Of a DNA stretch of 64,000 bases, positions 54,744 to 64,000 are shown piece after piece; position 1 is the first letter of the stretch, and each line of letters starts with the position of its first letter. Source of the DNA: Polaribacter sp. SA4-10 (lineage in GTDB: Bacteria > Bacteroidota > Bacteroidia > Flavobacteriales > Flavobacteriaceae); contig CATIQU010000001.1 in NCBI GenBank assembly GCA_949519155.1, positions 28,158-92,157 of the forward strand, read 5' to 3'. Under the pieces are notes generated by a model. The model searched no databases. It was not told the DNA's origin and worked only from the letters and a program-made list of their open reading frames with translations. Made by a program: the position numbers and the translations under genes.

Positions 54744-57185
54744 TTATTTTTTTGGGTTTAAGATTGCTTCAGTTTTATGGATGCAATCTCTATAGTGATA
54801 CTTTGTCATCGAACTGATTGCTCTCTTACTGGCAATGTTCATTACGTATTTTAATGCCGCTAATTCGCCACGAATGATAGAAGAAATATCTGTGTTTTTG
54901 CTATCGGAATCGTTCATTAAAACTCCCATTCGGTCAATAAATGATTTTTGAAGATTTCGGCGAAACAAATCAACATTCTGAGCATTTTTAGTTTCACTAA
55001 AAACACCTCTTCTTAAGGTTTTTATCATGTCGGATGCAGCATAAAATTCAGTTTGAATTACTTCAGCGTCAATCATTCTTTTCAAAGTCTTTACATTTAA
55101 AAGAGTGTTTAAATGCCTGTTTTGATACCTTAAGATGCGATCACTGTAGCCTGTTTCATCAATTTTATTTAAAATATTTTTATCGAGTAACCATTCTTGT
55201 GTGTCAAACGTATTTTTCAACAACCACTTCAGCGATGCTATTTGCCTTTTCTTAGCAACTGGTTCGTACACATTTCCTTGTTGCTCAGGTTTTTTGTTGA
55301 ACTCATAGATACCCCCAATATTTCCAGCAACATGCCCTACATACCGATTCCAAACACTCAGGAGTTCGCCATATAATTCACTCAAATCTTCATAATTATT
55401 GGTTTGAGTAGAAGTCCATTCAGGTAGGTTTTTTGCAACAATTTTTAAATTTTTGATTCCATACGTACTTGCCTTTACCTGATCATTTCCAATGCCTTCT
55501 GTTTGTGATGATGGATCAAAACGTTGTCCTCCAAAACGATATATTGGATTATTTGCTTTGTCAGCGATCCATTTATCTAGAGTTGCCACCTCACCTTGGG
55601 GTTGGCTAGCTGCTGCAATTTTACGGTATCCCCAATTGATAGCATAATGATCATAGGGTCCCAACTGTCTAATAAAACGAATGTTTTTATCTCCCGGTTG
55701 CGCAATGTAGTTGTAGCGTGCATAATCCATAATAGTCGCGGCAACTCCATATTTCTGAGTAAATTTTCCTGAACGAAGCGAGTCTACTGGATAAGCAAAA
55801 CTTGCTGCCATGTTGTGAGGCAAACCTAAAGCATGGCCAACTTCATGGGCAATGACCATTCGCATCATTTCTCCAATTTCTTCAGGTTTTGTATCTAATG
55901 TTCTTGCCGATGGATTTGCTGCACCCGTTTCTAGTAAATACCGATTTCTATAGGACCGCAAATGGTTGTGGTACCAAATAATATCACTTTCAATAATTTC
56001 TCCAGATCGAGGATCTGAGACGCTTGGACCGGTTGCATTTCGTGTTGTACTTGCCACATATCTTATGGATGAATACCGAATGTCTTCCATGCTAAACTCT
56101 GGGTCTTCTTCCTTTGTTGGTGGCATTTTGGCATAAATGGCGTTTTTAAAACCTGCTGTTTCAAATACTTTTTGCCAATCATCCACCCCTTGCTTGATGT
56201 ATTTTCTCAGTTTTTCGGGAGTTGCTGGATCAATATAGTATACAATTGGTTTTTTAGGAGCGACTAATTCTCCTCTGTTATAGGCTGCTTCATCAGTAGG
56301 TTCTAACCGCCAGCGTTTAATGTATCTTTTGCTATCTGCTTTTAATGCTTCTGAGTTGTAGTCTACATTGCCAACAGAAAAATAGCCAACACGCTTGTCA
56401 TGCAATCGAGGCATCATTGGTTTTTCTGGCAATAGAATCATCGATTGATTGATGCGAATCGTGATGGTGTTTGTGTTTTTATTACTTGGTGGTGCATCTG
56501 CATCAAAAGTGAAATCTTGCACTACTTCAATGTTTTTTGGATAGCTTTTTATAGAGTTGATAAAGCTTCTTGATGCATCGAGTCGTTTTACTTTGTAGGT
56601 TTTTCTAAACCTTGCAGGAAGACCTGTGATTGCTTTTATGTCTGTTGAGAAGAATTTTGTAACATCGACTAAAACGGCTGTCGAATCTAGATTTTCTGAT
56701 TTGATATCAAAGGCATAAATTATGGGTTCTAAGTTGTTTGCTTTGACCGATTTGTAGATGGGCAAAGAATCGTTGGCAATTGCATTATAGGATTTTACTT
56801 TTAAAAGAATTTTGTTTTGGAATGCTTCCCAAACAACCACCTGTGTGTTTATTTTAGATCCAGCATTTACGTAACCTCCTCCAAGATCAGCGGGAATGTT
56901 TTTTATTCTTGTAACCAAGATCATTTCTTTTCCTAAATAGGATTTCGGAATTTCATAGAGGAATTTATTGTTGTTTTCATGTACATTAAAAAGCCCTTCA
57001 TCCGTTTTCGTATTTGGAGTTACAAAATCGGTGTAGGTTACTGTTTTATCTTTCTTTTTTTTAAGTGTACTCGAAACCAGTTCCTTTTTAGTCTTCTTTT
57101 TTCGCTTAACTCTTCCGCTTTGTGCATTCAATTCAATAGGTTGCATAAAAGCGATCAATACTAAAAATAATAGAATTTTTTTCAT
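54744..57185 (-). CDS. secreted zinc-dependent metalloprotease (DUF5117/DUF4953-type)
   Basis: Signal peptide; HEXXH site VIAHEVGHALGLPHN; 813 aa, a length typical of this Bacteroidota family. Confidence 0.8.
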   Translation of the reverse strand: MKKILLFLVLIAFMQPIELNAQSGRVKRKKKTKKELVSSTLKKKKDKTVTYTDFVTPNTKTDEGLFNVHENNNKFLYEIPKSYLGKEMILVTRIKNIPADLGGGYVNAGSKINTQVVVWEAFQNKILLKVKSYNAIANDSLPIYKSVKANNLEPIIYAFDIKSENLDSTAVLVDVTKFFSTDIKAITGLPARFRKTYKVKRLDASRSFINSIKSYPKNIEVVQDFTFDADAPPSNKNTNTITIRINQSMILLPEKPMMPRLHDKRVGYFSVGNVDYNSEALKADSKRYIKRWRLEPTDEAAYNRGELVAPKKPIVYYIDPATPEKLRKYIKQGVDDWQKVFETAGFKNAIYAKMPPTKEEDPEFSMEDIRYSSIRYVASTTRNATGPSVSDPRSGEIIESDIIWYHNHLRSYRNRYLLETGAANPSARTLDTKPEEIGEMMRMVIAHEVGHALGLPHNMAASFAYPVDSLRSGKFTQKYGVAATIMDYARYNYIAQPGDKNIRFIRQLGPYDHYAINWGYRKIAAASQPQGEVATLDKWIADKANNPIYRFGGQRFDPSSQTEGIGNDQVKASTYGIKNLKIVAKNLPEWTSTQTNNYEDLSELYGELLSVWNRYVGHVAGNIGGIYEFNKKPEQQGNVYEPVAKKRQIASLKWLLKNTFDTQEWLLDKNILNKIDETGYSDRILRYQNRHLNTLLNVKTLKRMIDAEVIQTEFYAASDMIKTLRRGVFSETKNAQNVDLFRRNLQKSFIDRMGVLMNDSDSKNTDISSIIRGELAALKYVMNIASKRAISSMTKYHYRDCIHKTEAILNPKK

Positions 57186-57257
57186 GGGTAAAAAGGTTGG
57201 TTATTTCGTTTACTAAAATATTAAAAATAAAACATTTAGTTACTTCTAAATGATGTT

Positions 57258-57292
57258 AAAAAAATAAAGCTCAAACATTTCTGCTTGAGCTT
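57258..57292 (-). terminator. intrinsic terminator after the E1 gene
   Basis: AAGCTCAA (10-nt loop) TTGAGCTT, followed on the minus strand by TTTATTTTTTT. Confidence 0.65.
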
Positions 57293-57313
57293 GTTCTTAT
57301 TATATATTATTTT

Positions 57314-59764
57314 TTAAAATAAACTTTTATATTTTGAAGGATTTACTTCGTGCATCATCTCGTAAATTTTCTCAAAAACATCTTCTGCAGAAGGTTTCGA
57401 AAAATAGTCACCATCTGTTCCGTATGCAGGTCTGTGTGCTTTTGACGTTAGCGTAGCAGGTTTGCTGTCTAGGTGTTGGTATCCATTTTGATTTTCTACA
57501 ATTTCTTGTAATAAATACGCTGAAGCACCTCCCGGAACGTCCTCGTCTACCACTAACAATCTATTTGTTTTTGCAACAGATTTTACCGTTTCATGATGAA
57601 TGTCAAAAGGCAGTAAAGATTGTGCATCAATAATTTCGATATGAATGTCAACTTGAGCCAAATCTTTAGCAGCTTCTTCTACAATTCTTAAAGTAGATCC
57701 GTAAGAAATTACAGTTAAGTCATCTCCTTTTTTAATGGTTTCTACAACACCAATTGCAGTTTTATAGCTTCCTAAGTTTACAGGCATTTCTTCCTTTAAA
57801 CGATACCCATTTAAACACTCGATTACAATCGCAGGTTCATCGCCCTCTAAGAGTGTATTGTAAAAACCAGCTGCCTTCGTCATGTTTCTTGGCACCAAAA
57901 CATGGATACCTCGTACATTATTAATAATTCCTCCCATTGGAGATCCAGCATGCCAAATCCCTTCCAGTCGATGGCCGCGTGTTCTAATAATTAAGGGTGC
58001 TTTTTGTCTTCCATAGGTTCGGTAAAGTAATGTGGCTAAATCATCGCTTAGAATTTGTAAAGCATACAGCAAGTAATCTAAGTACTGAATCTCTGCAATG
58101 GGACGTAAGCCTCGCATTGCCATTCCAATACCTTGTCCAATAATGGTAGCTTCTCTAATTCCAGTATCTGCAACTCTTAGCGCTCCATATTTTTCTTGCA
58201 GTCCTTCTAATCCTTGGTTTACATCTCCAATAAAACCCGCATCTTCACCGAAAATCAACAATTCTGGGTGTTTTTTGAGCAGTACATCAAAATTGTCACG
58301 CATAATAATACGTGCATCTACGAGGTTTTTTTCCTCTTTATATCTTGGCTTCTCGGGATGAATGTTTAAAACCGATTTTTCTGTCTCACTTGTTAAATGC
58401 GCTGAATATTTATATTGAATTCTTTTGGAATAATTTTTTATAAATTGTTGAAGTTCTGTTTTTTCTAAAAATTGCTCTTCTTTTAAATAGCGGACACTTT
58501 TACGAAGTGCCACTAGAATGTCTTTTCTGTTTGGTTCTATAATTTCGTTTAAATCGTCTTTGTATTTAGTAATAAAGGTTTTGTTGCTACTCTTTAGAGC
58601 AACCCTGTCCAATAAGTCAATTGCAGAGATTAATTCTGCTTTTATTTCATTTAAATAAGCGTTCCAGGCAATTCTTTTGGCATTGCTTACTTCTTTTTTT
58701 GCCTCTTTGTCTAAAAGGATTAATGTTTCCTCGGATTCGACAAACTTTAAGACGCTTCCGTCCTCAGTTTCCAATTCAAAGTTTAGAATCCATTCTCGCA
58801 TTTTAACGATGCAATCAAAGTCTTTTTCCCATTGAAGGCGATCAACGCCTTTGTAGCGCTCATGAGAACCAGAAGTAGAGTGTCCTTGCGGTTGTGTCAA
58901 TTCTTTTACATGAATCAAGACAGGTACATGTGTTGTTCTTGCAATTTCAGACGCTTTCTGATAGACATCTATTAATTGCACATAGTCCCAGCCATTTACA
59001 ATGAAAATTTCATATCCATTATGATTTTCGTCCCGTTGAAATCCTTTTAAAATTTCAGAAATACTTTCTTTTGTTGTTTGATGTTTTGCGTGTACAGAGA
59101 TTCCATATTCATCGTCCCAAACACTCATGACCATAGGTACTTGTAATACACCTGCTGCATTTATCGTTTCGAAAAATACTCCTTCACTTGCACTTGCATT
59201 TCCAATAGTTCCCCATGCAACTTCATTTCCGTTGTCAGAAAAATGGGTGTGATTCTTTAGTACGGGAACATTTCTAAAAATCTTAGAAGCTTGTGCCAAT
59301 CCTAATAATCGTGGCATTTGTCCTGCTGTAGGTGAGATGTCTGATGAAGAATTTTTTTGTTTGGTTAGGTTTTTCCAAGTACCGTCTTCATGCAAACTAT
59401 GTGTTGCAAAATGTCCGCCCATTTGTCTTCCTGCAGACATAGGTTCTACTTCAATATCTGTATGTGCATATAATCCTGAAAAGAACTGTTGTGGAGTGAG
59501 TTTATCAATTGCCATCATAAAGGTTTGATCTCTATAATAACCTGATCTAAAATCACCGTTTTTAAAAGCTTTTGCTAAGGCCAATTGTGGAACTTCTTTT
59601 CCATCTCCAAAAATTCCAAACTTTGCTTTCCCTGTTAAAACTTCACGTCTACCCAATAAACTACATTCTCTACTAACTCTCGCGATTTTGTAATCTTTTA
59701 AGACTTCATTTTTGAAATCTTCAAAGGAAATGTTTTGTTTTTGTTGTGTTTCAGTGTTTGTCAT
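57314..59764 (-). CDS. 2-oxoacid (branched-chain type) dehydrogenase E1 component, fused alpha-beta
   Basis: 816 aa. The N-half is E1-alpha-like (TPP region GNASASEGVFFETINAAG). The C-half is a transketolase-like E1-beta pyrimidine-binding and C-terminal domain (DTGIREATIIGQGIGMA). Confidence 0.8.
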   Translation of the reverse strand: MTNTETQQKQNISFEDFKNEVLKDYKIARVSRECSLLGRREVLTGKAKFGIFGDGKEVPQLALAKAFKNGDFRSGYYRDQTFMMAIDKLTPQQFFSGLYAHTDIEVEPMSAGRQMGGHFATHSLHEDGTWKNLTKQKNSSSDISPTAGQMPRLLGLAQASKIFRNVPVLKNHTHFSDNGNEVAWGTIGNASASEGVFFETINAAGVLQVPMVMSVWDDEYGISVHAKHQTTKESISEILKGFQRDENHNGYEIFIVNGWDYVQLIDVYQKASEIARTTHVPVLIHVKELTQPQGHSTSGSHERYKGVDRLQWEKDFDCIVKMREWILNFELETEDGSVLKFVESEETLILLDKEAKKEVSNAKRIAWNAYLNEIKAELISAIDLLDRVALKSSNKTFITKYKDDLNEIIEPNRKDILVALRKSVRYLKEEQFLEKTELQQFIKNYSKRIQYKYSAHLTSETEKSVLNIHPEKPRYKEEKNLVDARIIMRDNFDVLLKKHPELLIFGEDAGFIGDVNQGLEGLQEKYGALRVADTGIREATIIGQGIGMAMRGLRPIAEIQYLDYLLYALQILSDDLATLLYRTYGRQKAPLIIRTRGHRLEGIWHAGSPMGGIINNVRGIHVLVPRNMTKAAGFYNTLLEGDEPAIVIECLNGYRLKEEMPVNLGSYKTAIGVVETIKKGDDLTVISYGSTLRIVEEAAKDLAQVDIHIEIIDAQSLLPFDIHHETVKSVAKTNRLLVVDEDVPGGASAYLLQEIVENQNGYQHLDSKPATLTSKAHRPAYGTDGDYFSKPSAEDVFEKIYEMMHEVNPSKYKSLF

Positions 59765-59879
59765 AAACTATTTTTTTCAGTTTTACAAAAGTACTAATTT
59801 TAAGTTAAATTTAAAAATTTATCTTTTTAATGCGTTAAATTTAATTTAATGCCTAAAAATCATCTTTTTTATGAGAATA

Positions 59880-62690
59880 TCATAAAAATCCACGTCTAAA
59901 AAAACTATAAATAGATTGGATGTCTGCGGATAGTGTAAACCTAATTTTTTCAACATATGATTTTTGAGAGACTTCCCATCCGTTGTTCGAGTATAATGGA
60001 AAATAAACTTCTAAAATATTATGAATAAAATTAAATCGGACGCCATTTTCGTATCCAAAATAGAGGCGCTCACCTCTATTTTTTAAGAATGCAATTCCGT
60101 TGTAGGCTTCGACCCATTTCCATAAGCCAATACTCGAGTTGGTTGAAAGTAGGTATTGATTCGCAAATCGAGTGGGTAATATTGACTTAAATCCTCCTTC
60201 GTTGATGATGAATTGTTGACTAAATACTCCTGAACTTTCAGATCTCCCAAAATAATTGAGTTCAAATAAATAATCGTTCGCTCTGTCTAATCCAAAACTA
60301 AAGTAGTCACCAGTGCTTGTGTTGTTTAAAAAAGTACCTGCAAAGACTCTGAAATCTAATTGTGTATCTTTTGCAGTGAGTGCTCTGTATCTGAGGTCTA
60401 AAGAAAGTTTAGAGAAGTTTTTCGCAGCTTCTAAGCTGAACCGATATCTAAATTCATCAATAATATCTGGATTTGAGTACTGATAATCTAGTTTGAAAAT
60501 ACCATAGGAATCCTGTTCTTTAAAGGGTTGGTTTGGAGTTGTTTCTTTGTGAATATTGACCAACTTTGCTGTAATTGATTCTCTGCTGAGTCCTCTGAGA
60601 GATTTTCTTTTGAAAATTAAATTAACATATGGAATGAATGCTTTATAAGAGAGTCCTTCTGTATAATGTTGGGTGCTTCCAAAAAGACCATATGCTATTT
60701 TATAGATGCGTGTTTCTTCAAAATAGTGATTGTATTTTAAAGAGAACATACCGTTAACTGAGGCACTTTTAAAAGCATAAGAAGGTTTGAATACGACTTC
60801 TAAGTTTCTTTTTATAATGGGTTTGTTGTGTAGTTTTAATCCTAAGATAAAACCATCATAAAGGTTGTAATCAAAACTTGGTTGATAGAAAACTTGATTA
60901 TAGTTCTGGTTTTGAATGTCCTTTATAAAAGAAAATTTTAAAGGCTTGTTAAACAACCGTTTCTTGAGACTCTTCTGATTGTTTAAGGTATTGTGTTCTG
61001 GATATTCTTGTTCGTAATTCAATGCAAACGTCTCGTAGTCCAAGTTTTTTAAAGTAATTACTTTCGTACTGTCAATAGCAGTATACCATTTTTTGAATTT
61101 TATTTCTTTGTTTTTTAAACCATATAATGCAATTGGAACTGTAATATTTCTTTTGTTTTCAATGGTAATTTTTACACTATCTCCTATGATTTCTGTTTTT
61201 TTTATCGTGTAATCAATTTTCTTATTGGTTTGAATATAATCACCAAAAAACCAACTTAAGTCCTTTGTCGTTCGGTTTGTAATTGTAGTTTTAAAATCTT
61301 CTGCAGAAACTTTTTGTAACTTTTTATTTTGATAAAACGCTTTAATGGCTCCATTTAGTTCTGGTGCTCCAATATATTCTTTTAAGTATTTAAACCCTAA
61401 GCCTGCTTTATACTTGTTTACGATTCTCCGATTAAAGTTAGATAAAGAATCGGCACTTGTTGTTAATGGTTGGTCTAAAAAACTTCGTGCACTCAATTGG
61501 TATACAAAAGAGTATTTATCGTTAAAATCTAACGATGCAACATTGTACCGTTTTAAAAACCAAGATTTAGAGGTGCTTCCTAGGAGTTTTACTTCTGGAT
61601 AGTATGTATTTACATATTCCATCATCAAGTAATTTTGCAATCCATCAGTAATCCAATACTCTTTTCTTTTGTTTGCGAAAAGCGTATTCTCTATATATTT
61701 TTTTGTCAAAATCTTAAAAAGAGTGATATCTGTTTTAAACGTATCAGAAAATGGTCGCACAAAATCGGGCAGCTGGCTTAGTCCATATATTGGATCTTTT
61801 TTTTGTGCAACTTTGTCAAGAAAAATCTCTTTGTGTGGATACTTTCCGAGATGTTTTTCAAGAAAATTAAGTTCCCTGTTTAAGATGCCGGTGGCCAATT
61901 TATGGTCAATTGTACCGTCTAAAATATCCGTATGAACGGCAAGGTTTTTTGTTTTATGTATTTTAAAATTATTCGTTTTGTCAATTGCTAAAACAACGTC
62001 AATTTTTTGTGTTCCTGTAAAATGAAAGTGGTTGAACTCCTTTCCAGTAGTCTTCTGTTTTTTTAAATTACTATTTACTTTGTAGTCTTTTGGTAGCTTT
62101 AAATCTAAGGTGTAATTTGTAGGGATTTCATACAAATCATCATTGTTTAAGTTACTCATTAATTGCCACTGTTTACTGTAAACAGCAGGATTTAAGTACC
62201 AATATCGAAGTTGATAACCTGTTTTTGTTTTTCCGTAATTTGTAAATTTTGCACTCGGTATCTTTATACTGTATATTGCGTTTATAACAATACTATCATT
62301 TTGTCTTAATGGCTTTTTTAAGGAGATTTCTAGGACGTCAATTTGTTTTTCTAATTCTTTAAAGTCGACCGTTTCGAAGTTTACCGAGATATTTTTAATA
62401 TCCGTAGCGCCTAACTCTTCTTCTTTTGCGAAATATAGATTTTTTTGATATGCTTCGATAAATCGTTTCGATAATGCTGTTTTTCTATTTTTAAAACTGT
62501 TGGGCCAATTGTGCAGAAAAACACTTTCTAATTCTTGAATGGATGTGTTATAATAGACAATTCTTTGTTGAATGTTTAATTGACTTTTTGCATCGTCTAA
62601 AGTTGCTTTTATTACAATAGAATTCTGCTGAGCAATCATTTGATAGCTCAACAGAAATAATAAAAAGGGAATTGACAAAAATGTTTTCAA
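59880..62690 (-). CDS. large secreted protein; weak M1-peptidase-like middle segment lacking HEXXH, and a beta-rich C-terminal third
   Basis: Signal peptide (MIAQQ). The segment KEYWITDGLQNYLMMEYV resembles the WLxEGxAxY element of M1 peptidases, but no HEXXH occurs anywhere in the 936 aa. The C-terminal ~330 aa has an alternating beta-strand-like pattern. Confidence 0.5.
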   Translation of the reverse strand: MKTFLSIPFLLFLLSYQMIAQQNSIVIKATLDDAKSQLNIQQRIVYYNTSIQELESVFLHNWPNSFKNRKTALSKRFIEAYQKNLYFAKEEELGATDIKNISVNFETVDFKELEKQIDVLEISLKKPLRQNDSIVINAIYSIKIPSAKFTNYGKTKTGYQLRYWYLNPAVYSKQWQLMSNLNNDDLYEIPTNYTLDLKLPKDYKVNSNLKKQKTTGKEFNHFHFTGTQKIDVVLAIDKTNNFKIHKTKNLAVHTDILDGTIDHKLATGILNRELNFLEKHLGKYPHKEIFLDKVAQKKDPIYGLSQLPDFVRPFSDTFKTDITLFKILTKKYIENTLFANKRKEYWITDGLQNYLMMEYVNTYYPEVKLLGSTSKSWFLKRYNVASLDFNDKYSFVYQLSARSFLDQPLTTSADSLSNFNRRIVNKYKAGLGFKYLKEYIGAPELNGAIKAFYQNKKLQKVSAEDFKTTITNRTTKDLSWFFGDYIQTNKKIDYTIKKTEIIGDSVKITIENKRNITVPIALYGLKNKEIKFKKWYTAIDSTKVITLKNLDYETFALNYEQEYPEHNTLNNQKSLKKRLFNKPLKFSFIKDIQNQNYNQVFYQPSFDYNLYDGFILGLKLHNKPIIKRNLEVVFKPSYAFKSASVNGMFSLKYNHYFEETRIYKIAYGLFGSTQHYTEGLSYKAFIPYVNLIFKRKSLRGLSRESITAKLVNIHKETTPNQPFKEQDSYGIFKLDYQYSNPDIIDEFRYRFSLEAAKNFSKLSLDLRYRALTAKDTQLDFRVFAGTFLNNTSTGDYFSFGLDRANDYLFELNYFGRSESSGVFSQQFIINEGGFKSILPTRFANQYLLSTNSSIGLWKWVEAYNGIAFLKNRGERLYFGYENGVRFNFIHNILEVYFPLYSNNGWEVSQKSYVEKIRFTLSADIQSIYSFFRRGFL

Positions 62691-62711
62691 TGGGGGAGTG
62701 TGAAATGTGTT

Positions 62712-63431
62712 TTAGAAGTTTGGTTTTAATTGATACTTCGCATAGAACTTATTTAAATGGTCTATTGCTTCATCTGCTGTATCTACGACTCTAAATAACT
62801 TTAAATCTTTTTCGGAAATATTACCTTCTTCTAAAAGTGTGTTTTTAATCCAATCCATTAAGCCTCCCCAGAATTTACTTCCAACTAAAACAATTGGAAA
62901 ACGGCCAATTTTATTGGTCTGTATTAGAGTGATGGCTTCAAATAATTCATCTAAGGTTCCAAAACCACCAGGCATTACAATAAAGCCTTGCGAGTATTTT
63001 ACAAACATTACTTTTCGAACGAAAAAATAATCAAACTCTAAATTTTTATCATTGTCAATCCAAGGATTGTAATGTTGTTCAAACGGCAACTCAATATTTA
63101 GCCCCACAGAAGTTCCTTTTCCTCTGTGTGCACCTTTGTTTCCTGCCTCCATGATTCCAGGGCCACCACCGGTGATGACTCCGTATCCATTTTGTGTTAA
63201 TTTAAAGGCAATTTCTTCTGCCAGTTTATAATAAGGATCTTCTGGCTTAGTTCTTGCCGAACCAAAAATAGAAACTGAAGGGCCTATCTTACTTAGTTTT
63301 TCATACCCAGTAACAAATTCAGCCATAATTTTAAAGATGGCCCACGAATCGTTTGTTTTTACTTCATTCCAGGTTTTTAGTTGTAGTTTTTCTTTTATTT
63401 TTCGATCATCATTCATCATAATTCTTAACAA
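62712..63431 (-). CDS. LOG-family (TIGR00730) nucleotide 5'-monophosphate nucleosidase
   Basis: GGGPGIMEA and PGGFGTLDELFE motifs. The true start may be one of the internal Mets (63419/63416). Confidence 0.85.
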   Translation of the reverse strand: MLRIMMNDDRKIKEKLQLKTWNEVKTNDSWAIFKIMAEFVTGYEKLSKIGPSVSIFGSARTKPEDPYYKLAEEIAFKLTQNGYGVITGGGPGIMEAGNKGAHRGKGTSVGLNIELPFEQHYNPWIDNDKNLEFDYFFVRKVMFVKYSQGFIVMPGGFGTLDELFEAITLIQTNKIGRFPIVLVGSKFWGGLMDWIKNTLLEEGNISEKDLKLFRVVDTADEAIDHLNKFYAKYQLKPNF

Positions 63432-63460
63432 TTTAAAGTTTTTTTACTGTAATGAATCTA

Positions 63461-64000
63461 CTAATGTAATTCTTTTTTCAAAAACTTGGCGGTATAACTT
63501 TTTTTATGTTTTGCAACTTCTTTTGGTGTTCCTGAACATAAAATTTGTCCCCCTTTTTTTCCACCTTCCATACCCACGTCAATAATATAATCGGCTAATT
63601 TTACAACATCCAAATTGTGTTCAATAATTAAGACTGTATTTCCTTTGTCGGCCAATTTATTTAAGACATCCATTAAAACCCGAATGTCTTCAAAATGAAG
63701 CCCTGTTGTTGGTTCGTCTAGGATATAAAATGTGTTTCCAGTATCTCTTTTTGACAATTCGGAAGCTAATTTTATTCGTTGTGCTTCTCCTCCAGACAAG
63801 GTTGTAGATTGTTGTCCGAGGGTAATGTATCCCAAGCCAACATCTTTTATTGTTTTTAACTTTCTATAAATTTTAGGTATGTTTTCGAAGAAATTAGTCG
63901 CATCATCAATAGTCATGTTTAAGACATCTGAAATGGATTTCCCCTTGTATCGAATTTCTAAAGTTTCTCTATTAAAACGTTTTCCTTGACAAGTCTCGCA
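63461..64000 (-). CDS. uvrA: excinuclease ABC subunit A, C-terminal 179 codons; gene continues beyond the right edge
   Basis: Own extension of the track ORF to the window edge reads [34 protein letters not shown] (zinc-finger end). It continues with the ABC signature [12 protein letters not shown] and Walker [13 protein letters not shown]. Confidence 0.9.
   Translation of the reverse strand, partial: CETCQGKRFNRETLEIRYKGKSISDVLNMTIDDATNFFENIPKIYRKLKTIKDVGLGYITLGQQSTTLSGGEAQRIKLASELSKRDTGNTFYILDEPTTGLHFEDIRVLMDVLNKLADKGNTVLIIEHNLDVVKLADYIIDVGMEGGKKGGQILCSGTPKEVAKHKKSYTAKFLKKELH

Overview
AT-rich chromosomal segment. By inference it comes from a Flavobacteriia (Bacteroidota) genome: TAnnTTTG promoter boxes, a T9SS C-terminal sorting domain, type II plus type III glutamine synthetases, and many Bacteroidota-typical DUF proteins. 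I support 54 protein-coding genes, 3 pseudogenes, one tRNA-Arg(ACG), a set of hairpin terminators and several promoter boxes. Most of the content is housekeeping: ygiQ, icmF, hutU, pyrF, tpiA, prmA, clpS, glnII/glnN, purM-like, rsmE, lepB, dapB, parAB, pepD, a fused 2-oxoacid dehydrogenase E1, and a uvrA fragment. I found no CRISPR array, transposase, integrase, phage gene or recognisable defence system. I cannot point to a clear-cut novel system from sequence alone. The best leads are: (1) a compact YfhO(GT-C)/2xGT-B/WecB/flippase glycan locus with no initiator, polymerase or chain-length genes (36.6-44.4 kb); (2) three decayed genes: a DUF2851 gene with two in-frame stops, a GNAT gene frameshifted at T8/T9 homopolymers, and a desaturase relic; (3) a helically phased A-tract tandem repeat upstream of a Crp/Fnr regulator; (4) a 560-bp AT-rich gap and an orphan Cys-containing lipoprotein beside the tRNA; (5) an outer-membrane barrel with a repeated polycationic tail; (6) a 936-aa M1-peptidase-like protein without HEXXH. 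All family calls come from reading motifs by eye, not from database searches.
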